From Leptogorgia sarmentosa (lineage: Eukaryota): a stretch of 64,000 nucleotides of DNA. Under the pieces are notes generated by a model. The model did not search any database, was not told the DNA's origin, and worked only from the letters and a program-made list of their open reading frames with translations. The stretch covers positions 25,234,001-25,298,000 of the forward strand of contig OZ210885.1 in assembly GCA_964658305.1 (NCBI GenBank). The letters are read 5' to 3'. Both the position numbers and the translations under genes were made by a program. Below are positions 13,431 to 24,386 of the stretch, piece after piece. Each line of letters starts with the position of its first letter. Position 1 is the first letter of the stretch.

Positions 13431-13708
13431 CAGTGGAGTATTTACGTAGTGGGCGGGAGGGTGTGCGGGCTGTGGCACCCCCACAGTCGGTAAACTATTA
13501 TCATCATTGGTAAAACTCACCAACTCAATCTGAAAAATGTAGAGTGAAGACTCTAAAATGGCCCAAATTTTCTTGCTCGTCGCCCAACCATGGTGGCGCC
13601 TCGTGAGATTCGGTATTAAGGGTAATACAATAATGTCCGTCGATAAAATGAAATATGCTACCAACCCCCCCCCCTCCTCCTCCCCAAACGGATTGCGCTA
13701 CGCCACTG
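13431..13708. mobile_element. hAT-type MITE remnant within Sola3
   Basis: CAGTGGAGTA / TACGCCACTG termini with G-rich and C-rich subterminal tracts. No TSD recognisable. Confidence 0.5.
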
Positions 13709-16700
13709 GGTATATCTCCACAATTTGTACATGTCAGCTTAACAATTACTATTATGTTACGTTTATCTATTCCCATCTCACCGGCATCACTGCACCGTTA
13801 AAACTGGCGGGTTAAATTATTTTCTAGCATGCAAAATTTTTGCTAAATTTTGAAGAACATTATAGCACAAGTTGATAGGTTATAAAATGCAATATGTGTA
13901 CGACTATAATTATGTCTACGACTATATTTTACAGTTACAGGCAGTTGTAAAACTGCATTAGACATATGATTAGACATCACGCGGAATTACAGAATCAAAT
14001 ATTGAAGCTAAATATAGCACACATTCACGACGTTATATCTTCCCTGTGGCTTGTTTGCAGACAATTTTTTTTTCAGTTATCGTAACAATACAAACAGTGT
14101 TTCTTATTTATTTACTTCTATAGACTCACTTAGGTGCCACTTTGGAAAACTCGAACGATAATTTTAAGTATTTTTTAATAGCTGTCCGCCATCTTAAAAT
14201 TGCCCTCTCTTCAGACCTTTCAAAAAATAGACTAAACGCAAAAAAACAATAAAATATATCTTGGAAATTAAAAGATATAATGTCCATCTATACTCTTATT
14301 AGAAAAAATTGAAAATATTTACGTTTTTTCAAAACTAGATGTTAAGTGCATTTCTGCACAATAACGCCTCATTTCCGGTTTCAAAAATTCACACACGGGT
14401 CTATCTTTACAATAGGCTATAACTCGCCAAAAAATAAGTAGTCGAGATTTCTCTCATTTGTTTTGAAGTTCCTGACTAAAGTATACTTCAATGTAAAAAA
14501 ATGAAGGAAAACTATTTTTCAATCTAAATATCAGCAGGCGGATTTTACAGAGACAGCCTCTTAAATCTGCAAGGTTGTGGAGCTTGCCGCTTATAAACCG
14601 AATTGTTCTGGGGGGCACTTTTTTTTGTCCACCCCCCGTATGTGTATATGATTATCCTCCAATCTGACAGTATTTATACTATACCTAGATTGGAATTTGA
14701 TTTTAGCTTATAGCGGAATCTATGAATTTAGCCATGTAATTTTTGTTAGATAAAATTTGCTACCTGACTCCTAATATTGATGGTTTTACTGCTTATACCA
14801 GGAGTATATAAGATGATTTCTGCTGTAGAATAAACTTCATCAACTTCTACGCAAGAAGAGCAAAATCATTGCATATTTGAAATTGCAAAATTTCTCGCAC
14901 AATGGTGTAAAATGGAAAATTCATACAATACATTTGGGTCATTTATGTTTAGTTAACCGAGAGATTCGTCGAAACGGATAGGTTTAATCACTTGCGCTGC
15001 TGAAAGAAACACAGAACGCACAGAAATAATGCAAAAATAGAACATGCACTCCATTGCCTCCGCCATCTTGAATGCACTTCTAAGTTATTTTAGCGGACTG
15101 GAACTAGGTTCATACTTGAGGTCCGAGATTGGCGAGATTGGCCAATCTGACAGTATAATTACTGGCTCTTCCGACCAATCTGCTAGTTATTATACTGTCT
15201 AGATTCTTGCGAACCGCCTGATTTGATACATAGGCGCAGATACATGTACACTTTGTGTACCTATTTTTAAACTCGGTCTACCTACGGTCGCCCGAGTAAT
15301 TATCGGTCAACACCCTTGTGTGTACACGCGCTGATCACTCGCACAAGTTTGGTTCAAATCACTTGAAAAATCGTCTTCTGTCAGACCATAGATATCAGTT
15401 CACATACAAGTTAATTTTGATCCATGTAACCAAGCGAGTTGGTGCACAATTTACAAATAAATCACCCGTTTCGCCCATAACAATAATACGACTATATAGT
15501 CGTTAAAGTGTGGGGTTAAAGGGCGACTGGGTAGTCGGAAACGTGAACACCGTCATACTTTTGAGCCAGCTACTATATGTACAGCGGCAAGATTAAAAGG
15601 CGCGAATGAGCTCCGGATATGCAAATACACCATTGGTATTAAAAAAGTTATATTTCTATTTCATCGCGAGTGCGTCGAAGCTCGATATCTTGTTGTCAAA
15701 TCTGCTTCAATTCTGTTTCTAAATTAACCTTTACCATGGCAAAGTAAGTATAATAATCATCAACTCCTAAAGCATGTATAAAGTATTTAATTATAGACGC
15801 CAAAACAACCAAAAGTAAAAATGTGGTGAACTGCCAAATGTGTTTAGAGTAGGTTACTGGTATTTTTCTATTTATATAGCTCAAAAAATAGATAATGCTG
15901 TGCTCACCAAGCGGGTAATAAAAAATATTGGTTGCCAGGTATGCTCTATTTAACAAAACATAACCACTAATAAACATTCAAAATTTCTTAATTGCTCTTT
16001 TTATTATAGTCACATTAAGAAAGGTTAATTCATTTTGTCCTGATGGCTCCACCACCCCCCCCCCCCCCTCTTTGGTAACAGGATATCTGCCATTATCTCT
16101 CAGTGATATTTTAGTTATATCCATGTATCCTTCAGCTTGCTACTGGCTTGTGTTTCAGACCTGTACACACTTTTGCTCCACCCCTTTTAAATTTTAGAAA
16201 TACTTGACCACCCCTATGTTTTTACTCCCTGCACCCTCCCCCCCAATGTCATTAAAGAAAACTCCCTTATAAAACTCCCTTCTAGTTCAGGAAGATTCAA
16301 GATCTTGGGGTCCATTATATTTTTATGGCCGAAATAAAGGGGGAAATTGAAGTCCATGGGACAGATGTGGGCTATAATTTCGCAAAGTCATCCAATTGTG
16401 CCAGCAAATTCTTTGCATTTATAAATAGCTACAAAGGTTGGTATTTAAGAGCTTGAAACTAATTAACATTTGCAGTATATACTGTATATAGATTTACTAT
16501 CAGGCAGTTTAGTTTATGGTACTACATGTACCATAAGTACTCTTTGAAGTATTCTGTGTTTGGGATTCTATACCTACCGTGTTCCTTAAATGACATCACA
16601 TGACTTGCCCCAGCATGAAGAAGAGGATATATGTCTCTAAATTTTAGAATATATGCAAGTTTAATGGTTTAAATGCTCATTACTGTAGTGCATGTACACT

Positions 16701-17940
16701 TTAAAATGGCAGCAAACAAATGAAATAAAAATCAAACCACAGTGCCAAAATATATTTGAAGTTTGGCTTGGACAAATTTGCCCTGTTAATTTCACAAAGT
16801 TTATAGCCATTTTGTAAATCCATCGTACAGTTGATAACAACACAAAAGATGCTTGGTATTAACTTTGTATTATTTAATTACCTAAGGACATGCTGAAAGT
16901 GTTCCACCAAAGGCACCAGAGCGTAGGAAAGCTGATGTCAAGCTGGTGCGGGAAATCATCAACATGAAATTTTGTAAGTAACTTAAAATCGTAAAACCTA
17001 TGTACAGTCTCTTGAAACAATCTAGCACTTATGGATTTATGGACTAGTGAATAGTTTGACTTTAGCTTTGACATTCTAATACCAACTTATTAATGCCATG
17101 TGTAAATTAACAGCAACCACCACAACAACAAGAACAGCGGTAACAACAACAACAGCACAATCAACACCTGACAACAACAACCATGACAACATTACAACAA
17201 GCAGCATCTACAACATAGGTATAACACTATGCCTATTTTTGTCTTTTGCTAATACTGTAGGTGAAGCTACAAGGCTACCAGGATCTAAGTTTTCATATAA
17301 GAAATATGAGAATGGAGACCTAGGTTACAAAGTTGTAGGCATGCCAGATATGTTGAAAGGCCTGAGAGATCCCTCTACAATGGGAAATGAGGACCTTAAG
17401 AAAATTATTTCTGCTGCTGACCAAATCAGCTTTCGGAAGGTTGGTGGTGATGGAAATGTTGGTAGTGGTGGTGGAGATGGTGGTAGTGGAAACGATGGTT
17501 ATAATACGTATCCCTAAATATTGTTCCTTTAACAATGCCATTTAAAGGTCAATTTCGCATGATTCACGGTCCGCTGCGCATATAACCGTTATTGGGCCAA
17601 ACCACAACATTATACGCATGGTCAATGAAGCGAAAAAATAATTTAAATTTGCAAATACGTGGTAGGAGAAGTGAAAATCTTTCACTATCATCTATGAATA
17701 TATTAAAACATCATATTAGGAACACATGTAAATGAAGGGGGAGTTCCCCTTTTGAAAAGGAACAGCAATTTAAACGGAACACATTGTTCCGTTTCAATTT
17801 AAGTTGTTCCGCACCATCTATGTTCCGAAATTCGGAACGCTTTAACAAATGTTGATTAAGGAACAATAATAATTGGAGTTCCTTTATTTAGGAATAAAAC
17901 GTTCCACTCTTGCACATATAATAGGTGTTAAAGTGGAACG

Positions 17941-18070
17941 ATTTGTTCCCTTTGGTTGTTCCCTTTTGTTGTTCCCTTTGGTTGTTCCCTTTTATTGTTC
18001 CCTTTGGTTGTTCCCTTTGGTTGTTCCCTTTTATTGTTCCCTTTGGTTGTTCCCTTTTATTGTTCCCTTG
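17941..18070 (+). repeat. Tandem array of TTGTTCCCTTT(GG/TA) 13-mers
   Basis: About ten copies. The same TGTTCC/GGAACA core is scattered through 17521-17940 and is in both subterminal inverted repeats. Confidence 0.85.
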
Positions 18071-18212
18071 TGAAGGAAGCAATGTCATGAACAATACATC
18101 TCTCACAATGCAGTGCCTTGGGCTGTTAATAAGAAATTCAATTTATGCAGTTTGCATAAGTTGTTGTTATAAAAGCCAAGGTACTTTTGCTCGCAAACAT
18201 TTTATCGTTTAT

Positions 18213-19648
18213 ATGTTTGCACGTAGAAAAGCTCAAATAGATTGGAAGTCTGTAGACGGGGCGTTTACAAAACCGAGGCGATTGCATTTGGTGAAAGGCA
18301 GCGATGGCTTACATCATTGTCCAGTAATAGCTTGTGAACATTCAGGATTTGGCAGTCAAAGAGGCTGTCGTAAACATGTTAAAACTATACATGCATGGTA
18401 TTACTATTTTGACAAAAAGCCCGAAGTGTGCCTTTCGCCGCTTGCAATCACCGAAACGCAGCGAAGATCTGGTAAAGCAGTCCCGGGCTGTTCCACAGAT
18501 AATGACTTTGCTAGATCGTTTTCAAAATGGCTTCAAAGCAGCTGTGGCGGCGGCAAATCTGCCACACAATCGGACGTTTCGGTTAACCGAGCATTAAAGT
18601 TCATAAAGTTTTGTTGTGACGAGAATGGCGAGGGCGAAGAAGACGTGCTCAATGCACCTAATCTCATCGATTACGCCTTGGGGTCTCCACAACTAGTAAC
18701 AAAGTTTGTGGACGCTCTCAAAGAGAAGTGGTGCATTGGACACTCAGGGCAAATTGGGTATGTCGCAAGTATTTCTGATTTACTAGATTTTCGCAAATTC
18801 AATCGTCCCCCTGCAACGGTGCTTCAAAACTTCGCAGTTACCGAAGTGTATGTAAAGAGAGTGCGAAAGTATTTAGCCAAACACATGAGATCAAATTGGA
18901 CCACCGAACTGGGTATAGAAACCCTCGAATCCCGTAACCCTCGAATCCCGTAGAAGTTGGGCAACTATTTCCGAAATACAATCCGTCATTCCATTTCACG
19001 AGGACCGTTATAAGTCTGTATTAGAAAATTGTATGATATCACCTTCTACAGTCAAAACAGGGGACGTGACATTTGCCACCAGATTCGTTGCAGCTTACAT
19101 GTTCCTCAAAGTGAAAGGTTGCCGCCCAATGACCTACCAACATCTCACCTTGCGAATGTTTGAATGTGCGAAAAGAAACGAAGGAATAGTGGATCAGAAA
19201 GTATTCAAGACCGCTAAAACGTATGGGTTTGACAGTGTTTACTTTGACGAATGCAGCATCCAGTTACTGGAAAAGTATATAGCGTATGTAAGGCCCCTTC
19301 TCACACCTACTTGCGACTATGTGTTGGTGAATCGAAACGGTAAACAGTTCCAAAAACTTTCTAATCTTTTGAGTGTATTGGTGTTTGAAGCAATAGGAAA
19401 ATACATTCATCCAACTAGGTACAGACAGATCATCGAAACAGAAAGTGCGCAAGTTCTCCTGCCAAACGAACAGCAAATATAGTCGAGGCCCTCGCTTCAC
19501 AGGTGAGGAAGATAACACCATACGCTTGGGCATTGCAAAGTTCGGTTTTTGTTGGACAAGGATATTACGCCATCCAGAATATAACTTTCATGCATGTAGA
19601 GTGGCAAATACTTTAAGAAAGAGGGCGGAAGCCTTGAAATTAGTGTAA
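18213..19648 (+). pseudogene. C2H2 zinc finger - tyrosine recombinase - TRF-like Myb/SANT protein (disrupted)
   Basis: CPVIAC..CRKHVKTIH finger, then YR motifs GCRP (Arg), KTAKTYG (Lys) and HPTRYR (HxxxR). C-terminal FTGEEDNTIRLGIAKFG.CWTRILRH..F..R. A 16-bp tandem duplication (18921-18952) frameshifts it, and the His/Tyr box is missing near 19480. Confidence 0.75.
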
Positions 19649-19949
19649 TGATTGCGTGTAAACCTTAAATAATTGTTGGTATTATTAGTGTGAATTACAT
19701 GGGGAAAATGTTGTAAAGAGAAATACAAAAATCAATGTACACCTGCCTATGTGTTATTCTTTTTCCAACACTCCTTATAATATAATAGTCGTGGAAAGGA
19801 ACACTACAAAAATCTGTGACATTAAATACATTCACTTTGCATCATCCTTTTGCTTGTATTGCATGACTCCAGAAATGACAAGAAAGCCTAATTATGATAA
19901 CTGACAGAACAAATAATGTTTGCTTTTATCAAGACTGTGAGAAAGAAAT

Positions 19950-21256
19950 AGGTTAGGGTTAGAGTAAGGTTTGGGTGTGGATTATTTATAAATAACCCCA
20001 ACCCGGCCCGTAATCTGACCCTAACCCATCAAGAAATAGGTTAGGGTCAGACTACGGGCCGGGTTGTGATTATGACTTCAATAATCCACACCCAAAACTG
20101 ACCCTAAATTATTGTCCAAATACTTTTACAAACAAGTGCAAACGCAATGTATGCTTCGTTACAACCGTCACAATCTTGTGGTAAAAAATGTTGAAAGTAT
20201 CGCTTGCAAAAATTTTCTAAGTGTCGAGTGTATTTAGTTTTGTCAAAACATGACCGGCTACCGGCTACCCAATATAAAAACTAATAAAATCGACCGGCTA
20301 GCATCCAAAATAACCGGCTACCGCCATGTGGTAGCCGGTCGTCAAAAATTTTCTAAGTGTCGAGTGTATTTAGTTTTGTCAAAACTTGACCGGCTACCGG
20401 CTACCCAATATAAAAACTAATAAAATCGACCGGCTACCATCTAAAATAACCGGCTACCGCCATGTGGTAGCCGGTCGTCAAAAATTTTCTAAGTGTCATT
20501 TGGCAAAATGTTGTAAGTGCCATTACAAACGTTTTGTAAGGATTTAGCAATAGCGTTATAATAATAATAATCTATTAATTAAAATCACATTGCAGTAGAA
20601 ACTGAATTACATCATTATATGACAACTTTAAATAGCTACAATAAAATATTTATCGAAGATTAGGACAATGATTAAGACACCTATATATACACATTGTGAA
20701 GGCTATAATACTCTAGTAATTGTACTATAATTCTCACCAAAAGTATTTAAAAGTATAAAAAAAGTATAAATGCAAAAGAGACTTAGAAAATATTTGACGA
20801 CCGGTTACCACATGGCGGTAGCCGGTTATTTTGGATGGTAGCCGGTCGGTAGCCGGTCGATTTTATTAGTATTTATATTGGGTAGCCGGTAGTCGGTCAT
20901 GTTTTGACAAAACTAAATACACTCGACACTTAGAAAATTTTTGCAAGCAATACTTTCAACATTTTTTACCACAAGATTATGACGGTTGTAACGAAGCATA
21001 CATTGCGTTTGCACTTGTTTGTAAAAGTATTTGGACAATAATTTAGGGTCAGTTTTGGGTGTGGATTATTGAAGTCATAATCACAACCCAAACCGTTGTG
21101 TGACCCTAACCTATTTCTTGATGGGTTAGGGTCAGATTACGGGCCGGGTTGGGGTTATTAATAAATAACCCCAACCCGGCCCGTAGTCTGACCCTAACCT
21201 ATTTCTTGACAGGTTAGGGTCAGATTACGGGCCGGGTTGGGGTTATTAATAAATAA
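19950..21256. repeat. Internal palindromic region: ~380-bp inverted arms, ACCGGCTA iterons, TTAGGG hairpins, AT-rich spacer
   Basis: ~19985-20360 mirrors ~20781-21165, with a ~137-bp tandem duplication in the left arm. Hairpins CAACCCGGCCCGTARTCTGACCCTAACC / GGTTAGGGTCAGAYTACGGGCCGGGTTG at ~19999-20066 and ~21172-21239. Confidence 0.9.
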
Positions 21257-21474
21257 CTAACTTATTTCAAGTGCACGAATGGGAAATGAGGACAACGATA
21301 TTCTTGAAGGTATAATCGATGTATTACAGTGACTTTGCAAGAAGAGTTGGACAAACAAATGACACATAGGCGGTTGTAAATTCATGTGTGTATTATTTTT
21401 TTCACTCTGGCAATAATAATAATAGAAGTTTCACAACTTTACACTTTGAAAGAATAGAATGATGAAAAGAAAAG

Positions 21475-24104
21475 TCATCTGGACATCCAGTTTCTCACAC
21501 TTTGCCAAAAGCTTACTGGTGGCACTGTGCTGTATGCCGGGTTGCTGTCATCTCCACTGTCGTCGCCGTCATCATTCTGGACACTCGTACCACTCTCCAC
21601 ATTGTCATCCGGGATGGAATGCTCCCCCGCACTGCCATCATCCGCCACACTGCTATCAGGAGCCACACTCGCGTCACCAAGGAGACTCGCCTCATCAAGG
21701 ATGCTGGCGTCAGCAAGTACACTGGCGTCGCTCTCTCCACTTGCGTCACGTTCCACACTCCCATCTCCCCTACTGGCTTCCTCCTTGGTGTCTGCGCTGT
21801 GCGCTTCTTCCGAGTTTTGGGAGGATGCGTCGTTGTCACTTTCTGGAACGATGGAGGAGAGGATAGTGGACTCTGCATCAGTGTTCTGTTCCTGCGAGGA
21901 ATTTTGCTCCAGGTCGGAGGGAATGGCTGCATTCGAGGATGAAGTGGTCTCCTCGTGTCTTCTCCTTTTATCACTTCGCCTGGCTACTTTGCGGGCACGA
22001 GCCTCCACGTGAAATGCCGGATGAATGTTGTCATCGTCGCTGTCATGACTCAGTGCTTCTGCGCTCGTGCTTGGTGCTTGCAGATCGGCGTCCACAATTC
22101 CGGCGATGGCGTCACGCTTCCACAGGGAGGAGGACTCGTTTCCAGTAATGACGTTTCGGCGGCCATTTCCTTCTTCATACCACAATTCCTCCGGAGGAAT
22201 GAGGTGGCGATGGTCGTTAAGTTCGTTGGCTATCCATGCAATGCAGTGCATGGCATTGTCGTATAGCCAACGATCTACGCCTGGATACACGGAAGGGAGA
22301 GAGGTGGTGCGGTATATTTCCACTCGTCTCTTGACGTTCTCGTCGTCCTCGCCGAAGTTTGGCACGTCGTTTGTGGTGATGTAAAACGGGCTGTTGTTGT
22401 TTACACACCTGGGGGCGGCGTGTTTGACAGCCGTGACCATCCAACCGCCTTGCAGCAGGGTCTTCGCCAACTCAGCGGACATGCGCGCCCTGCTCCACTC
22501 GTCGATTATGACCAAACGCGTGTCCTCGTTTATCATCGCGGCCGAAAACTGCGCCTCACTTGTCACCGAGGCAATGTCTTGCGCAGGGATGACACGTCGC
22601 AATATGTTTGCCCACACCGTTTTACCCGAGTCACGCGGACCAACCAGTACCAGTTTCCGGGTTTTGTGGGGCATGTTGGAACCGCAGAGGCATTGGTAAA
22701 ATTTGTTCAGGAATGCAATTCTCACGTTCACATCCGGAAACGAATTAACAACGCCTTCTTCGAAGAAGCGCGGTGTTGGTGGCGTGGAGGATCGATAGGG
22801 CACGAATGCCAGCGGCGAAACCTTGCCGATCTTCTCCGCGGGAATGGCGTCGGGAACGAACGAGCGGCGACTTATGGAGAAGCAGATTCCTTCGGACACT
22901 TCTATGAGGTCGGAATCGAACTCCATCTGCTCCACAAGTTCGCAGGCAGGGTGCGACAGGATTCTTTCGATGGTACTGAAATGTCTTAGCAGGGCGTCGT
23001 TGATGGCCGCGTTGCGAAGTATCTTGTTGAGATATGACGTCACGTCCATCATTCTCACATAAGTAGCGGTCGCTCCTTCCGCTTTGGCGTAGATGGCCGA
23101 ACGATGGAGGGTGTGTTCGCATATTGCCATCATGCGAGAGATCTTCTTTATGGTGCTTGTGACCTCGTTTTCTTTGGGAACGGATGTCGCCACGTTCGAT
23201 TGGTGCGAGTGCAAGGTGAGACCATCCGATCGCACTCTGTCCACCGCGGTGTTTATGGCATGCTCGTACCCCTCGTGGTTCACAACGGTGAAAACACAGG
23301 GCAGGGTTGGGAAGTGCTTTGGTTGGAAGTGCTCGTCTTCATCGTCTGCCTCATCATTCGACGACGACTGCGCGTCCTCATAACAATGGGCATTGGAGGC
23401 ATCTAACATCTCCTGCACCGTGGCGTTGTTGTGGTCTTTGACAACCTGGAACAACTGCCGGGCGGCAGTGTCCATCTGGTCGTTGTCCCCCTTCCTCACA
23501 TTGATTGACTGGAAAAAGAGGACACGTGTGAGGTGTAAGAAAGTGTGCATCATTTGAACACCTTGGATTGTTAGCTGCACATGTTCAAATTACGTTTACC
23601 TTAATATTAGGTTCCACGTCTTCATTGTGGAGTCGGGCAAAGAACGTGTCCTGATTGCACTCTTCGGATGGGGTGTACACAATAAAGTACGCAATCGCGG
23701 GATACGCCTCATTCTTGGATTGGCCGGTGCTGGATCGCTTCTCGTTGGTCGATACTGCCGTGATGCAGGAGAAAAAGAAATGGACGGATTTCATGCTTTT
23801 AATGACGTCATCCAACTTCAAGCGTTTGGACGCAATCTGGAGTGTCGCCAACTCAACGTCTTCTTCCCGTACCCGCCATGTAGCACGGCAGGCAAGTGCT
23901 TTGTAACTTGGTCTTATCTGGTAGGATAGAGACGGATTTACCAATGTCCATGTAAATATTTTATGAACATGTGAATATGCAATTTGTAAAAATGTGAGCT
24001 GTACATATGTGATTAAATGCACTTACCAAACTTAAAATGTTCGCTCGAAGCGAGTTTTGTACGCGCTTGGAGTCTAACTCCTTCCGCGGTTTTGGTGGCG
24101 GCAT
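21475..24104 (-). CDS. Superfamily-3 helicase / replication protein, 3 exons (24104-24027, 23917-23600, 23508-21475), ~809 aa
   Basis: Walker A GPRDSGKT, Walker B LVIIDE, motif C YITTN and a KRR arginine-finger-like motif. Both introns are GT-AG, phase 0, and join into one open frame from MPPPKPRK. Acidic Ser-rich tail; GC content visibly above the flanks. Confidence 0.85.
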
Positions 24105-24109
24105 TTCTG

Positions 24110-24245
24110 CTCACTTTCCTTCACTTTGCTTTCCTTGCTTTACTTTTCTTCACTTTCCTTTCCTTGCTTTACTTTTCTTTACTTTTCTTCACTTTCCTTT
24201 CCTTGCTTTACTTTTCTTTCCTTTACTTTCCTTTTCTTCCCTGAT
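24110..24245 (+). repeat. Pyrimidine-rich tandem repeat just upstream of the helicase start codon
   Basis: Repeated CTTTCCTTGCTTTACTTTTCTT units. Confidence 0.8.
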
Positions 24246-24386
24246 AACTTTGCTCAACTTTTTTTGGAGTGTCACTCGGCGAACGGTGCAATGTTTATGG
24301 GCAAAGTGTAAATCGCGTTCGGTTTTTAAGCGTTTTCATGTACGAAATTTGCATTTGAACAGAAAAGGAACAACATTTAGTACCTG

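Larger units (their letters stand above)
7636..14560 (+). mobile_element. Sola3-type DNA transposon with ~555-bp TIRs
   Basis: TTAA on both flanks (7632-7635, 14561-14564) and GAG...CTC termini. The left TIR (7636-8181, continuing after the MITE to ~8964) mirrors ~14004-14560. Transposase gene inside. Confidence 0.85.
7463..14638. mobile_element. Tc1/mariner-type MITE split by the Sola3 insertion
   Basis: ~44-bp imperfect TIRs CAGGGGGTGGACAAAAAAAAGTG..CAGAACAATTCGGTTT and its inverse at ~14595-14638. TA TSD on both sides; removing it restores the satellite unit. Confidence 0.85.
3390..14720. repeat. ~180-bp tandem satellite, interrupted by a LINE, Penelope remnants and nested DNA transposons
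   Basis: Unit GGGTTTAGTAGTTTATATGTGTATATCCTCCAATCTGACAGTATTTATACTACCTAGATTGGAAT recurs with ~180-bp spacing at ~3400-3940 and ~5900-6620. It appears again at ~7340-7462 and resumes at 14639-14720. Confidence 0.85.
17500..24386. mobile_element. Tyrosine-recombinase / SF3-helicase insertion element (unclassified)
   Basis: GGT is duplicated at both junctions (17497-17499, 24387-24389), and excision restores the host repeat and frame. Subterminal 16/17-bp inverted repeats at 17514-17530 and 24364-24380. Two convergent genes surround an internal palindrome. Confidence 0.8.

Noticed and set aside
15229..15260. CATAGGCGCAGAT as a possible transposon left end
   Set aside because: No matching inverted end or TSD found in the window.
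17925..18212. N-terminal hydrophobic extension of the YR ORF
   Set aside because: It is translation of the TTGTTCCC array. The ATG at 18213 is the more plausible start.
19950..21256. Interstitial telomere
   Set aside because: TTAGGG occurs as isolated hexamers within hairpin stems, not as a tandem array.
21459..23929. Many overlapping plus-strand and alternate-frame ORFs
   Set aside because: Shadow ORFs of the GC-rich helicase gene with no recognisable motifs.
17500..24386. Polinton/PLV, Helitron or DIRS classification
   Set aside because: No capsid, packaging ATPase, pPolB, PIF1-type helicase, TC...CTRR ends or RT seen. A deleted derivative of a larger virus-like element cannot be excluded.
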